Of a stretch of 64,000 bases of DNA, positions 27,501 to 42,500 are shown piece after piece. Below the pieces are notes generated by a model. It was not told where the DNA came from, did no database searches, and saw only the letters and a program-made list of their open reading frames with translations. The DNA lies in NCBI RefSeq assembly GCF_023055435.1, contig NW_025963824.1, positions 32,674,001 to 32,738,000 on the forward strand, written 5' to 3'. Within the stretch, counting starts at the first letter, position 1. Each line of letters starts with the position of its first letter. A program made the translations under genes and the position numbers. This DNA comes from Haliotis rufescens (Eukaryota).

Positions 27501-30500
27501 CCCGTGGCCGTGGGTTTCACTGAAGTGGTAAACGTCTGAGACCTGCATCACTTCAGGCTTTCCTCCCACATTAAGCTGACACGCTGTGATATAACTGGAA
27601 TACTGTTAAGAGCGGCGTTAAACCCAACTCACTCACTCACCCACTATTTAATATCCATTTTTTTCGTTGACAGTGAGTAATTGTGGCCTAGAGCTGAGGC
27701 AATCTAGACTTGCCAAAGTATTATGGACTTGATTTGGAATAAATTTTGATTAGTCTAGGCTCTTGGAGACAGATAGGCGAAGGGTTTCCAAACCAGATTA
27801 TGTGTGTGCTTTACAGAGAGCTTTGGGGGTCAGTTGCTATGCAGAGTTGTGCCCTTGGGCATGACATAAATGGTTTACTTGACTTGTGTGTTTGAATCCC
27901 CGTATTCCCTGATACATCTTCCTGAGGCAAGGGAGTTAACTGACCATAAATCGACATCCAACTGCTGTGCAGTACCGCCAACTCAGCATCAACAGATATT
28001 TTTCAAATCTTTTCGTGTTTTTTATCAAGGTGCTCATGTTATTTGATGCACTTCGTGAATAAGACACGTTTTATCACATTATAGATTTTGATTATTGATC
28101 AGATCGTTTTGACTGGGTGCCGCCATTTTGTTTGAAGCAAATGCAGGTGATAACAGGGACATAACTTATAACAGTCACTGGTGGCGCTTTGATTCCCCAG
28201 AAATTCCAGCCTAGTTTGGCAGGGGTCTTTTACATAAATTGCCATCAGTCTGGACTAGTACAAACAGCCACACACGCACGTGCATGCACATCGTATAGAA
28301 GTGCAATAATCTTGGACGCAAGTTAAACCCCACCTCACCTCACCTCACCTCACCTCACCTCACCTCACCTCACCTCACCATCTTCCAGAGGCAAGAGAGT
28401 TAACTGACTATAAAAGTCCAGTGTCCACCCTTGCCGAACTAGGCTGGTATTATGGAGTTACATTTTGGCTGGACTAATGAGTCTATGCATAGTCCATAGT
28501 GATACGAGAGGTGCAATTTGATTTGTCTATAGGAGAGACTTAGAAGGGACATAACTGGTAATAGCCTCTGGTGGCGCTAGAATCGAGCCCAGTAATTCCA
28601 GCCTGGTTTGGCAAGGGTGGAAACTGGACTTTTAAAGTCAGTTAACTCCCTTGCCTCGGGAAGATGCACCTCACCTCACAAATGAACTTCTGTATACCAT
28701 TTGTGCTACAGGCAACAGAAATTGGCCCAATCATTCAATGTAACTATTTCACCTTTTTGTGAAATATACTAAGAGACTCCTTATGTGTCCTCCTCATTGG
28801 TTTTTTAATTTATCATTTCTGAAATATAGGATCCATAAACCAATGAAAATAAGAAAATTAATTAAACCCTGATTACGTCAGCCATGTTTATTCGGTGGTG
28901 AGGTAGCTTAGTGGTTAAGGCGTTAGCTCAGCTTCCTGCAGGCTTGGGTTGAATTCTCCCACATGGGTACAATGTAGGAAGCCCATGTCTGGTACCACCA
29001 CCACCCCCCCCCCCCCCCAAAAAAAAAATATGATATTTCTGGAATGTTGGGCCCCTGAACATCCGGGGTAGAATAGGTCTTCAGCAACCCATGCTTGCCA
29101 TAAAAGGCGACTATGCTTGATGTAGGAGGCGACTAATAGGATCAGGTGGTCAGGCTTGCTGACTTGGTTGATGCATGTCATCAATCCAAATTGCATGGAT
29201 CGATGCCCTTGATGTCAATCACAGGATTGTCTGGTCCAGACTCGATTATTTACAGACCGCTTTTATATTGCTGGAATATCGCTGAGCGCGGAGATAAACA
29301 ACAAACAAACAAACAAATCTGGAATGTTGCTAAAAGTAGCAAAGAAAATACCTACTCACTCACTCAGCCATGCACCCCTGAGGGGACTGGGAACAGGGCA
29401 GATGGTGTTATCACTCCTGTCAATGCCTCCTGTATAGAACAGTCAATAAACACTCAACCTTGCCTGGTATGTCACACCCCAGGCCACAGGGCACTCATTA
29501 CAACTGTGTTTCCTCTGCCATAAATAACATTTACAGCCCAGTTGGAAATAGGGTAGCAGTGTGTTGTTGTGTGACATTGTAGCACTCGGTGAATAACACA
29601 GATACAGATATTGTTGGAAATAATGGTAGCAGTGTGTTGTTGTGTGACATTGTAACACTCGGTGAATAACACAGATACAGATATTGTTGGAAATAGGGTA
29701 GCAGTGTGTTGTTGTGTGACATTGTAACACTCGGTGAATAACACAGATACAGATATTGTTGGAAATAAAGGTAGCAGTGTGTTGTTGTGTGACATTGTAA
29801 CACTCGGTGAATAACACAGATATGGCCTGGTTGGAAATAAGGGTAGAAGTGTCTTGTGTGACATTGTAGCACTCGGTGAATAACACAGATATAGATATAG
29901 TTGGAAATAAGTGTAGCAGTATGTTGTTGTGGGAGATTGTAACACTCGATGAATAACACAAATATAGCCCAGTTGGAAATAAGGGTGGCAGTGTATTGTT
30001 GTGGGAGATTGTAACACTCGGTGAATAACACAAATATAGCCAAGTTGGAAATAAGGGTAGCAGTGTGTTGTTGTGTGACATTGTAACACTCGGTGAATAA
30101 CACAAATATAGCCAAGTTGGAAATAAGGGTAGCAGTGTGTTGTTGTGTGACATTGTAACACTTGGTGAATAACACAGATATAGCCAAGTTGGAAATAAGG
30201 GTAGCAGTGTGTTGTTGTGTGACATTGTAACACTCGGTGAATAACACAGATATAGATATAGTTGGAAATAAGTGTAGCAGTATGTTGTTGTGGGAGATTG
30301 TAACACTCGATGAATAACACAAATATAGCCCAGTTGGAAATAAGGGTGGCAGTGTATTGTTGTGGGAGATTGTAACACTCGGTGAATAACACAAATATAG
30401 CCCAGTTGGAAATAAGGGTAGCAGTGTATTGTTGTGGGAAACTGTAACACTCTGTGAGTAACTTCCCATACGTTAACACAGACTTATGGCCACCGTTATG

Positions 30501-33500
30501 GCGCTAAAGTTGCTCTTTGGAACATGTTACATCATTTAGGAATGCATATATCTAAAGTTAGGCACAGGTTGCAAATATTTTATGGTAATACAGTTTAAAA
30601 ATCATTTTATTGTTCTGTGTCTTGTTTACACACATTAAGTTTGCATCAATTTACAAGTATTCAATTTAAGTGATGTTACATGAATGGTCCAGCAGGTGCT
30701 CAATGTTGCTTTGATAAAAAAAATGTATTTTGCACATTCACTAATTTAGTTTCATCTGTTTGATGACAGATTTATGGGAGAAAAACTTTACTGGACTTGT
30801 TGAACTACTGCAAGAGATGCTCTACTTGTCCGACAGGCTGTTGTACTAGACTCGGGCCTTGGACAAGTGGCTAACGTGACAGACTGTTTATGTTTGACAA
30901 GGGGAGATGTTTATGTGGCAGCAGTACAAATGATACATCGATGGTTGTTTGCGCTTGGTCGGGCAGCACAAATATACAGTTTTACGTTACATCTCAATAA
31001 TCATTGTACAGGATAATTTCATTTTGAATATTGAGCGATCGATGCCTTTGTTGTATTTTGAATTATATGTGGAAAGCAGGGATTGTGATTGTTTTTCGCA
31101 GGCTTATTTCTATACTGCCCAACTTTACTAAGGAACAAATTAGTCATCATTAGTCAAAGGTGTGCTAAATGTTGAGCAGCATTGTAGTTATAGATTAGGT
31201 GTATGTTGACTATTTTATCATTGTTTATTAGTTGAGCTTACGAGACCAAAGACACATTTAATAGACTCGTGCTTCAGACTATTCAACTGTCTTATGCTGT
31301 TGTAATTGCATTTCTGAGCGACAATCGTTGTAAACGATGTAAATTACATATAACAAGGAATAAAAAAATCATGAGATGTTCTTGTCAGCCTCCGTTTAGG
31401 AGATGTTCTTGTCAGCCTCTGTTTAGATGTTCCTTTCAGCCTCTGTTTAGGAGATGTTCCTTGCAGCCTCTGTTTAGGAGATGTTCCTTGCAGCCTCTGT
31501 TTAGGAGATGTTCCTTGCAGCCTCTGTTTAGGAGATGTTCTTGTCAGCCTCTGTTTAGGAGATGTTCTTGCAGCCTCTGTTTAGATGTTCCTTTCAGCCT
31601 CTGTTTAGGAGATGTTCCTTGCAGCCTCTGTTTAGATGTTCCTTTCAGCCTCTGTTTAGGAGATGTTCTTGTCAGCCTCTGTTTAGGAGATGTTCTTGTC
31701 AGCCTCTGTTTAGATGTTCCTTTCAGCCTCTGTTTAGGAGATGTTCCTTTCAGTCTCTGTTTAAGTCCTATGTTATTACACCTGGTGTCGTCACTGTTAT
31801 GTCCGGCCTCCCTCTACCACAGGATTAAGTCCTGTGTTATTTTATCTGGTGTCATCACTGTTGTGTCCGGCCTCCCTCTACCACAGGATTAAGTCCTCTG
31901 TTATTTTATCTGGTGTCATCACTGTTGTGTCTGGCCTCCCTCAACCACAGGATTAAGTCCTATGTTATTACACCTGGTGTCATCACTGTTGTGTCCGGCC
32001 TCCCTCAACCACAGGATTAAGTCCTGTGTTATTACATCTTGTGTCATCACTGTTGTGTCCGGCCTCCCTCTACCACAGGATTAAGTCCTCTGTCATTACA
32101 TCTTGTGTCATCACTGTTGTGTCCGGCCTCCCTCAACCACAGGATTAAGTCCTATGTTATTACATCTTGGATCGTCACTGTTGTGTCCGGCCTCCCTCAA
32201 CCACAGGATTAAGTCCTCTGTAATTACATCTGGTGTCATCACTGTTGTGTCCGGCCTCCCTCTACCACAGGATTAAGTCCTCTGTTATTTTATCTTGTGT
32301 CATCACTGTTATGTCCGGCCTCCCTCAACCACAGGATTAAGTCCTGTGTTATTACATCTGGTGTCATCACTGTTGTGTCCGGCCTCCCTCTACCACAGGA
32401 TTAAGTCCTCTGTTATTTTATCTGGTGTCATCACTGTTGTGTCCGGCCTCCCTCAACCACAGGATTAAGTCCTGTGTTATTACATCTGGTGTCATCACTG
32501 TTGTGTCCGGCCTCCCTCAACCACAGGATTAAGTCCTGTGTTATTACATCTGGTGTCATCACTGTTATGTCCGGCCTCCCTCAACCACAGGATTAAGTCC
32601 TGTGTTATTACATCTGGTTTCATCACTGTTGTGTCCGGCCTCCCTCTACCACAGGATTAAGTCCTGTGTTATTACATCTTGTGTCATCACTGTTGTGTCC
32701 GGCTTCCCTCAACCACAGGATTAAGTCCTCTGTTATTACGATGCAGAAATACTACAGAGCAAAATCATCAACAGTATTTTTTGTTATGGTGAGGTGAAAA
32801 TCAATAACGTGGTGTATAAGACGGGGCCTTGCTAGCGATGGTGCTCTCTATGGGAGGTTGTTTCCAGGAAGGCCAGTGAGATGAGGAAGTGCTATGTTTG
32901 GATTTGCTGCCTACGTGGGCTATATATAGATGGAATATTGATCACAGACAGGCTGAGATACTCAAACATACGATCACAGAGGTGCACGTGATCACAGAGT
33001 TTGGTCACATGATTGTTGTGGTGCACATGTGATCACTTTTGTTCACATAATGACAGCAGCGCATGTGGTCACAGATGTTCACATGTGATCTCAGAGTTTG
33101 GTCACATGATGCTTGTAGTCACAGTGATCACATGTACACCTCAGTGATCATGTGACCAAACTCTGTGATCACTTGTCACCATCTGTGATCACCAGAATTT
33201 GGTCACATAATCCTTACCGAAGTGATGCATGATCAATACTAGTTTTTTGTTCCACCCCTAATGGCTTCTGAGCCCCTTTTTTTTGAAGCAACCCATGCAT
33301 GATGTGAAAGGCGGGATAGGGTGGTCAGGCTCGCTGACTTGGTTGATGCATGTCATCATATCCTAATTGCGTAGATCAATGCTTATGATTTCTATCACCA
33401 TGATCACTGGATTGTCTGGTCCAGACACGATTATTTGCAGAACACAATAATGTAGCTGAAATATTGCGGAGTGTAAAACAAACAAACAAACAAACAAACA

Positions 33501-36500
33501 AACAAACAAACAAACAGGCTCGCTAACATGGTTTATGCATCACAATTGCGTAGATCAATTATTCATGATGTCAATCACTGGAGACCTCCTCCGTGGTCTG
33601 GTGGTAGAGCGTCCGCCTGGAGAGCGGAAGGTCCGGAGTTTGATCCCCGGCCACGTCATACCAAAAGATGTTAAAAGATGGTACTTGTTGTTACCCTGTC
33701 TGGCGCTCGGCATTAAGGGGCTAAAACAAGGACTGGTCGGCTCGGAGTCAGTATACTGTGTCTGAGTGGGGTATTCATGTTAAACTGCGGCATGGTATCT
33801 CAGTGAGCTAGCACTATAAATCGGCATCAGTCCTGACTAGTACAAGCAGCCACACAAACACACACACGTGCATGCACGTCACTATATAAGTGCAATAATC
33901 TTGGACGCTACGATAAACCCCATTTCACCTCACCTCACCTCACCGTCAATCACTGGATTGTCAGTCCAGACTCCATTATTTGCACTCCAGCATCATATAG
34001 CTGGAATATTGCTGAGTGCAGCGTTAAACAACAAACATACAAACTGGGAGAATGCTGGTTGGGTGTATCAGTGCACTGAGTCAGTCTCCACTGGGGGATG
34101 TTGGATAGTGTGTACCATCTCCTGTTCCTCCTGGCTCCCGCCATTGCTCGAATGAATGCGGTATTGATTCAGTTAAGAGACATCTTTCACAGTTCTCTGT
34201 TGTGGACGTTTCACAATTTGGTGAGCTCTCCAGGAACTGATACTCCCAAACACACCGAGGCAGGCCGTGGTCTTGACCCAGTGCACATGCACTTGGCGTC
34301 AACACAACAGACAAGGGCAACATTAGCTATGAATGCAAGACCACTCATTCAAAGGTTCTAGGAGGTTCAAGGCATAGAAGGCTCAGGCTTGAAAAAGCCT
34401 TAAGTTTGAAAAGGTCTTAATGTTAAGGTTATGACATGACTAAGGGTTTGGTTGAAAATGTAAAGCCATGAGCTTGGGAATTGGAGTTATGTGTGGAAAT
34501 ACTGGAAAGAATAACATCATTGGGATACCTTAAGGTGAAACAATACATTAGTCACAGTATGACAGTGATGCAAGAGAACGATGATGTGCAGCATGCAGAC
34601 AACTGAAGCCAGTGGCATGTCAGATTGAAGACCCTTTTATCTCCTGCCCTTGTGGATCAGTGGGTTACAATACTAAACATGATACGCGAGGTTGCAGGTT
34701 TGATTCTCGTTGTGGAATTTTCATGTGAAATAAATTGTGACTTTTAGCCAGACTAAAATCAGTGTTAGAGACATATTTATAGAATGATTTTACATCTTTG
34801 GTGATGTAACACTCTTCATGTAAGTTAGAAAGTCAAGGGCACTCTCTCAGAGTACAAGCAACTTGTTTGTGGACTTTCCACTATTTGAGGAAACCTTAAG
34901 AACAATATTCCTGACTTTTGTGCCATTGCTGGTCAGGTGACACAGGTCACATTCCAAGCTATTGTGCCATTGCTGGTCAGGTGACACAGGTCACATTCCA
35001 AGCTATTGTGCCATTGCTGGTCAGGGGATACAGGTAATATTTCTGGCTATTGTGCCATTGCTTGTCAGGGGATACAGGTCATATTCCTGGCTATTATGCC
35101 ATTGCTGGTCAGGGGATACAGGTCATATTCCTGGCTATTGTGCCATTGCTTGTCAGGGGATACAGGTCATATTCCTGGCTATTGTGCCATTGCTTGTCAG
35201 GGGATACAGGTCATATTCCTGGCTATTGTGCCATTGCTGGTCAGGGGATACAGGTCATATTCCTGGCTATTGTGCAATTGCTGGGCAGGTGATACGGATT
35301 ATATTCACCATGTTTATGTAATAATCAATGTATATACTTTACACAAGGTTATATTTGGAAATTATTGTGTGGCAGTTTTCATATCATACTCGATATCAAC
35401 CTGAGACCCCTATATCAGCCATTTTATTATATACCACAACAGGGCTCCAGATAACTTTTGAGCAGTTGAGTCTTTACTCTAGGGTTTCTATTTTCATTGG
35501 GTAACCAATACTGTTTCACTCATCTATTCATCACTCTATAATTAGTGAACTTTTTCAGATTTAAAAAAACAACGGAAATAATGTTTTTGATATATAAAAC
35601 TGTTTTAAATATATTGGCTTGACTCGGACAGTAAATCATCTCGTAATTGCGTTTCGGAAATTAGCTCTTTTGTACGCATGCTGGAAAAGCTCCATTGGGT
35701 ATTTAGGCAAGCTGTTTTTATACGTTTGAGTTTTTCATTTAATGCATGTGTTTCTGTACGCAAGTTATTTGAAAGTAATTGGGTTTGGAATATGGAATAT
35801 TTGAGTATTTTACACAAATATGGTGATTATCCTCAAACCATATTAGCGCTGGAAGGGGGTGCAGTACGGGTCTGGTTATTACACCCCCTGTGATATGACC
35901 ATTTCGATGTTGGCTCAGGTATATGATAACAACAGAGACACCATACTGAATAGTTGGGGTGGTTATGCCATGTTATGACAGTTTATAAATGTTCTCCTTA
36001 TTTTCAGATGCGTATAATGAGCCGTACCAAATGGTATATGATATAACTGTTTTGTCAACATTAGGTTTATTGTTTGTTTTTTCTTCTCATTGCAGATGTT
36101 GCAAAAAACTTTACACGCGAGCCACTTTCTCAGGAAGCTTTTGTAGGAGGCTCCGCTCGATTTGAATGCCGCATAGACGCTTTCCCTGCCCCAATCTTTA
36201 AATGGGAGAAAGCTCGCACAGATCTACCTCAAGATAGTGAAAAGTAAGTATCTTTGCAGGAATATCCCAGCAGTTGTTGGCTGTGATCCCCTTGTTTGCT
36301 GTGATCCCCTTGTTAGCTGTGACCCCCTTGTTAGCTGTGATCCCCTTGTTGGCTGTGATCCCCTTGTTAGCTGTGATCCCCTTGTTAGCTGTGATCCCCT
36401 TGTTAGCTGTGACCCCCTTGTTAACTGTGACCACCTTGTTAGCTGTGACCCCCTTGTTAGCTGTGACCACCTTGTTAGCTGTGACCCCCTTGTTAGCTGT

Positions 36501-39500
36501 GACCCCCTTGTTAGCTGTGACCCCCTTGTTAGCTGTGACCCCCTTGTTAGCTGTGATCGATCCCCTTGTTGGCTGTGATCCCCTTGTTAGCTGTGATCCC
36601 CTTGTTAGCTGTGACCCCCTTGTTAGCTGTGACCCCCTTGTTAGCTGTGACCACCTTGTTAGCTGTGACCCCCTTGTTAGCTGTGACCCCCTTGTTAGCT
36701 GTGACCCCCTTGTTAGCTGTGATCGATCCCCTTGTTGGCTGTGATCCCCTTGTTAGCTGTGATCCCCTTGTTAGCTGTGACCCCCTTGTTAGCTGTGACC
36801 CCCTTGTTAGCTGTGATCCCCTTGTTAGCAGTGATCCCCTCATCCATGTGGCCCAGCAGTTGTCATCCATCTGGCCCAGCGGTTGTTAGCTGTGATTACT
36901 TTATGCCTCATCCATGTATCTTATGGGTTTGAGTTCTGGTTCGCCCCAATTATGTTCTTAGGTTTGTCAGCACCATACCCGTGCTTGTGGGTTTCACCAA
37001 AGTGGTAAGCATCTGAAACCTGCATCTATTCCCGACATGGGTACAATGTGTGTTGCCCATTCCTGGTGTCCCCTGCCGTGATATTGCTGGAATATTGCTA
37101 AAAGCGGCGTAAAACCATACTCACTCACTCCCTCACTCATTGTGTTTCAGATATATTCTATTCCGCTCTGGAGTTCTTCACATAAACAACCTCACACTAG
37201 AAGATACGGGTCTTTACCGATGCATTACCTCTCATGGGGAACTACATACGCTCCCTGACGTCATTGACACCATACGCTGGCGCCACAGTCGAGAAGCTGC
37301 TCTCACAGTCAAAACGGGTAAGTTTAAAGGGAGACGACTCTGGACATTGTGGCTTGTATTCACCACTGATACACAGGTAAAGGGAGGTAACTCTGGACAT
37401 TGTGGGTTGTATTCGCCACTGATACATAGGTGAAGGGAGGTAACTCTAGGCTTTGTGGGTTGTATTCACACCAAGCTCCTCACAGCGATATCCCGTTCGC
37501 AGAGCTGTCTATGCTATCGCTGCCACCAGTCAAATCTCCCCACTGTGAATAGGTGGCCCCAACCATGCTTGGAGTTGAACTGGCAACCGAATGACCGTTA
37601 TGTTTACAAACAAGTGACAACTGTCGTGACGCCGAATACCCTTATTGCTGCTAAAGTACTTTCTTCGTTTGTCAATTTGAATTTCTGTTTCATTAAAACT
37701 ATCGTGTTATTGATATAGTAAGAATGTAAGGGAGAAGTTGGTTAATTTTCCGTTAGTCTGCAATCTCGAACCAATCTGATTATCAAAACAACAAAGTAAA
37801 TTCATCTGGAAAACATGGTCAGTCGTAAACCTTTTCAAATTGAAATATGATGGCATTCCCAAAAACATAAGCAAAAGTATAAATGTTACTAAATATGGGG
37901 TTGGGAGGGCAAATTTCAAGATTCTTGTAATGGCCGCGCCCACACTGGTGGCAGCGATGTTACCGAGAGTATAACGAAGGTGTCACACACTGGGAAGGAG
38001 CTTGCTGATACACAGGTAAAGGGAGGTAACTCTGGACATTGTGGGTTGTATTTGCACTGATCCAGAGTGCAGCAAATGATCAAAGGGAGATAACTCTAGT
38101 ATACAGGATTTCCAGGAGGAGGATGCCTTATTTGGTTCATCCAACTATTTTAGCAATTTTTACTTGTGTCATCTATGATTAGCCTCATATGGGCATGGTG
38201 TGATTTCAGGCGAAGCAAGACGTAAACCAAGAATTATTGACGGCAACTTAAATGTGACAACGAAGACAGGAGAGACGGCCATCCTTGAATGCCTGGTCGA
38301 TGGCTCTCCACTGCCCAATGTCACCTGGCATCGACAGGGTGAGTCACTGCTCGCGTTGAAAGCAAAATTACGGGAATATCTTATATATATGCGACCAGAA
38401 ATGTATAACAAATTTGTAATTCAGCTATAAAAATCTAGCTATCTGATTCCAGTCGCTTGTTTGTAAAAACCCATAAAGACAGCTGTCTATAAGGATATCA
38501 TCATAATATGATTGTTGATGTGACGTCGTCATGTGTCCTTGAGTTCATGCATCATGTTGAATGTTCAATTTTCACATTTGTACAATGTGTGGAGCCAATG
38601 TGTGGAGCCAATATTTGGAGCCAATATTTGGTGTTCCTGTCATTAATTTTCTGGAATATTGCCAAAAGCTTGAAAACCCTCACTCACCTAAATGTGGACA
38701 TGTTTCAGATCGTAAATCCCTCATTTCTACTATGTGGGCCCATATTTGGTGTTTCAGTCATTAATTTGCTGGAATATTGTGCAAAACTTAAGAACCCTGG
38801 CTCACCTAATTGTTGCCGTGTTTCAGATCGTAAATCCCTCATTTCTACTATGTGGGCCCATATTTAGTGTTCCAGTCGTTAATTTGCTGGAATATTGTGA
38901 AAAACTCACCTAATTGTTGACGTGTTTCAGATCGTAAATCCCTCATTTCTACTATATGGGCCCATATTTGGTGTTCCAGTCGTTAATTTGTTGGAATATT
39001 GTGAAAAACTCACCTAATTGTTGCCGTGTTTCAGATCGTAAATCCCTCAGTCAGTATGTCTCCTATGTTGGACACAAGAACCTCAAGATCCGCTCTGTCC
39101 AAAAGGAGGATGCAGGGACGTACGTCTGCACTGCCAGTAGTCGGGGCTTCAAGGATGTCAGTGTCTACGTGACTCTCACTGTCAACAGTAAGTCATCATT
39201 ACCATCTCTGTCTCCTCCCCCCCCCCCCCCCCTAATTGCCCATAATTAAGGGTGATATAACACAAGAGTGCGTATTATTCACGAATAAATAAGTCTTGTG
39301 TACATTGATCAATCGGAAGGGGTGCTGATTCGGATTGTTCACTCGCCAATATATTAGCAAATATCACCGTGGGCGCTTATTAGAGCGGGGCGCTTATTAC
39401 GTCGAATACGGTGGTAACACTCCTTTCCGATTGATCAATGTACACAAGGCGTATGTATACCCTTAAAAAAAGTAGGAGATGCTCAGAAATAACTGAACAT

Positions 39501-42500
39501 TTCCAAAACGGTCAACAGTTATCGTTTTTCTAATACTTGGTATTAATGTTTATATTTCATGATCCTCAACTTTTTTTAAAGAGTATATAACTAATAATTG
39601 GTGTATTTTGTGATACAGCAATTCATGGTCAGGTATGTAATATTCTTGAAAACATTCATCGAGTTAGTCCTAGTGTTGTTATTCTTTACTGTAAGTATGC
39701 CAAATATCCTATATCATTCCCGAATGTATCAATAAGGTACATAGCTGCCCTGGTGCTAGATCTGTGTATGGCTGCGGACAGACTCTGCAAGTGACCTTGA
39801 CCTTTCAGTGTCCCCAATCATCACCACACCACCGCAGACCCAACGATGGCCACGGGCGAGGACTGTCATCCTCAAATGTGAGGTGGATGCGTTACCCGAG
39901 GCGACGGTCCGTTGGTACAGGGACGGAGAGTTGATCAAGCCTGGCCAACCCTTTGAGGTGAGTTTCGTCATAGAGTAGGGGGATACTTATTGGTGCACCT
40001 GAATCTACTCCAAATGACTGCACCGCAACAGGCATCATAAAAAAATTCTTAGTAATGCGACCCGTGAAGATTCCGGAATAGAATAGGTCTTCAGCAACCC
40101 ATGCTTGCCGTAAAAAGCGACTATGCTTGTCGTAAGAGGCGACTAATGGGATTGGGTGGTCAGGCTCGCTGACTTGGTTGATGCATGTCATCGATGTCAA
40201 TTGCGTGGATTGATGCACATGATGTCCATCACTGGATTGTCTGGACCCGATTCAATGATTTACAGACTGCTATCATATAGCTGGAATACTGCTGAGTAAG
40301 GCGTTAAAAAACAAACAAACAAACAAACAAATATTACTAATTCAGGTGAGCTCTAGAAAAAAACATGCAATAAGTATTGTTCAAAAGCATATTGCTGTGT
40401 ACCAGTAACTGCTGCAGTCCTAGAAACATGTGTGTTCTGTGCATAAGTTATCCTCTATTCTTCTGCTTCAGTTCCGTTCGAGTTCTTTGGTCATCTACAA
40501 CGTGGAGCTGAAGCATGATGGGTACTACCAGTGTATCGCAGAGAATAGTGTCGGGCGGGACACGGCCTTCGCCAGACTCGAGATCTTCGAAAACAGTAAG
40601 TAGAAGAGGAAGAAGAATACTGACACTCTGAGGGAATGTCAAGTGTAGATTAGCCCTAAACCAATGAGGGAATATCAAGTGTATTTCCACTGAATCCCTG
40701 AGGGAATATCAAGTGTAGATTGGCCACTGAACTGATGAGGGAATCATTGGGACAGAATAGCAAGAATATTGAATTTTGGTTATGTGGCACAGAATGCTGA
40801 ATATCTGACCCTGGCCGGTTTGTGTATAAAACTTCACATGGGAGACGACCCGTAAAGATTCCGGGGTAGAATTGGTCTTCAGCAACCCATGCTTGCCGTA
40901 AAAGGTGACTCTGCTTGTCGTAAAAGGCGACTAACGGGATCGGGTGGTCAGGCTCGCTGACTTGGTTGATGCATGTCATCGGTCCCGATTGTGTGGATCG
41001 ATGCTCATGATACTAATCACTGGATTGTCTGGTCCAGACTCGATTATTTACAGACCGCCATCATTTAGCTTGAATTTTGCTGAGTGCGGCGTTAAACAAC
41101 AAACCAAACCGAAAATGTTATGTAGGTATGAGTGTTGTCATGTAGGTATCAGATTGGTTATTAAAATCAAATGGGAGACTGAATGTTTGTAAATCTAATA
41201 ACTTGACAGCATGAGTGGCACTGAGTGTAATGTCTGTCTGATGTGTTGCAGACGGTTCCCCTAAGCCTCCACAAGGCTTGAAGGCTCACGCACTCACCAG
41301 CAAGAAGATCTTCGTCCAGTGGAACAAGTCGGAGTCACCGCCCGAACTGCCGATCCTCACCTACGTTGTGTCTGTTGTAGCCTTCAATGGTACGTAGTCA
41401 TGCTTCCTGTCTCAGTCTTCTTGAACTTCTACATACCAGTGAAAGGTCTTGGTACTTAGATCATCTCGGCTTCTTACTACGATTTTACTACGATTGAGAG
41501 GTCTTGGTTCTCAGATCATCCCTCCTGTCTTGTAATCGGCTTCTTATCGGCAACAGTGAATAATACCCACTAACTCTCATGAGACGTGCTAAGGACATGT
41601 GTTCATGACATTCAGGGGTCTGTTCCACAAAGCTGTCGTAGTGCTAATGTGATCATAACTCCAATAGTTTGCAATAGACTTACAACAGTTCTTGAGCTAA
41701 GGTGATCATAACTCCTGTGCTTTGACATAGACTTATGGCAGTCGTTGCGCTAAGGTGATCATAACTCCTATACTTTGACAGACTTACGACAGTTGTGCTA
41801 AGGTGATCATTTTTCCTTTACTTTGTTATAGACTTACGACAGTCGTTGTGCTAATGTGATCGTAGCTTGCATACTTTGACATAGACTTACCACAGTTGTT
41901 GTGCTAAGGTTATTGTAGCTCACATACTTTGATGTAGACTTATGACAGTCAATGTGCTAAGGTGATCGTAGCTTGCATACTTTGATATAGACTTACGACA
42001 GTCGTTGTGCTAATGTGATCGTAGCTTGCATACCTTGATATAGACTTATGACAGTTGTTGTGCTAATGTGATCGTAGCTTGCATACTTTGACATAGACTT
42101 ACCACAGTCATTGTGCAAAGGTGATCGTAACTCCCGTACTTTGATATAGACTTACCACAGTCATTGTGCTGTGATCGCTTTGTGGTACGGGGCCAGGTTT
42201 GTGTTACAGTGTACATTGTGTTGTGCAGGAGCGGAGGCGCTGGACACGGACTTTGTGATCGGGGAGGAGGCCATCCTGAACACGACCATGGACCAGCTGA
42301 AGCCGTTCACCAACTACTCCGTGTACGTCAAGGCCTTCAACAAGAAGGGGGCCAGCCCTCGCTCTGTCAACGTCAGAGTCCAGACACTTGAGGATAGTGA
42401 GTCGACTCCTTATTCAATCCTAGTTAGGGGCAGTCGGGTAGCCTTGTGGTTAAAGTGTTTGTTCATCACACCGAAGCCCTGGGTTTGATTCCCGACATGC

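Noticed and set aside
29443-30479. Three ~330-aa Cys/His-rich minus ORFs
   Set aside because: All three frames are open through a 72-bp tandem repeat.
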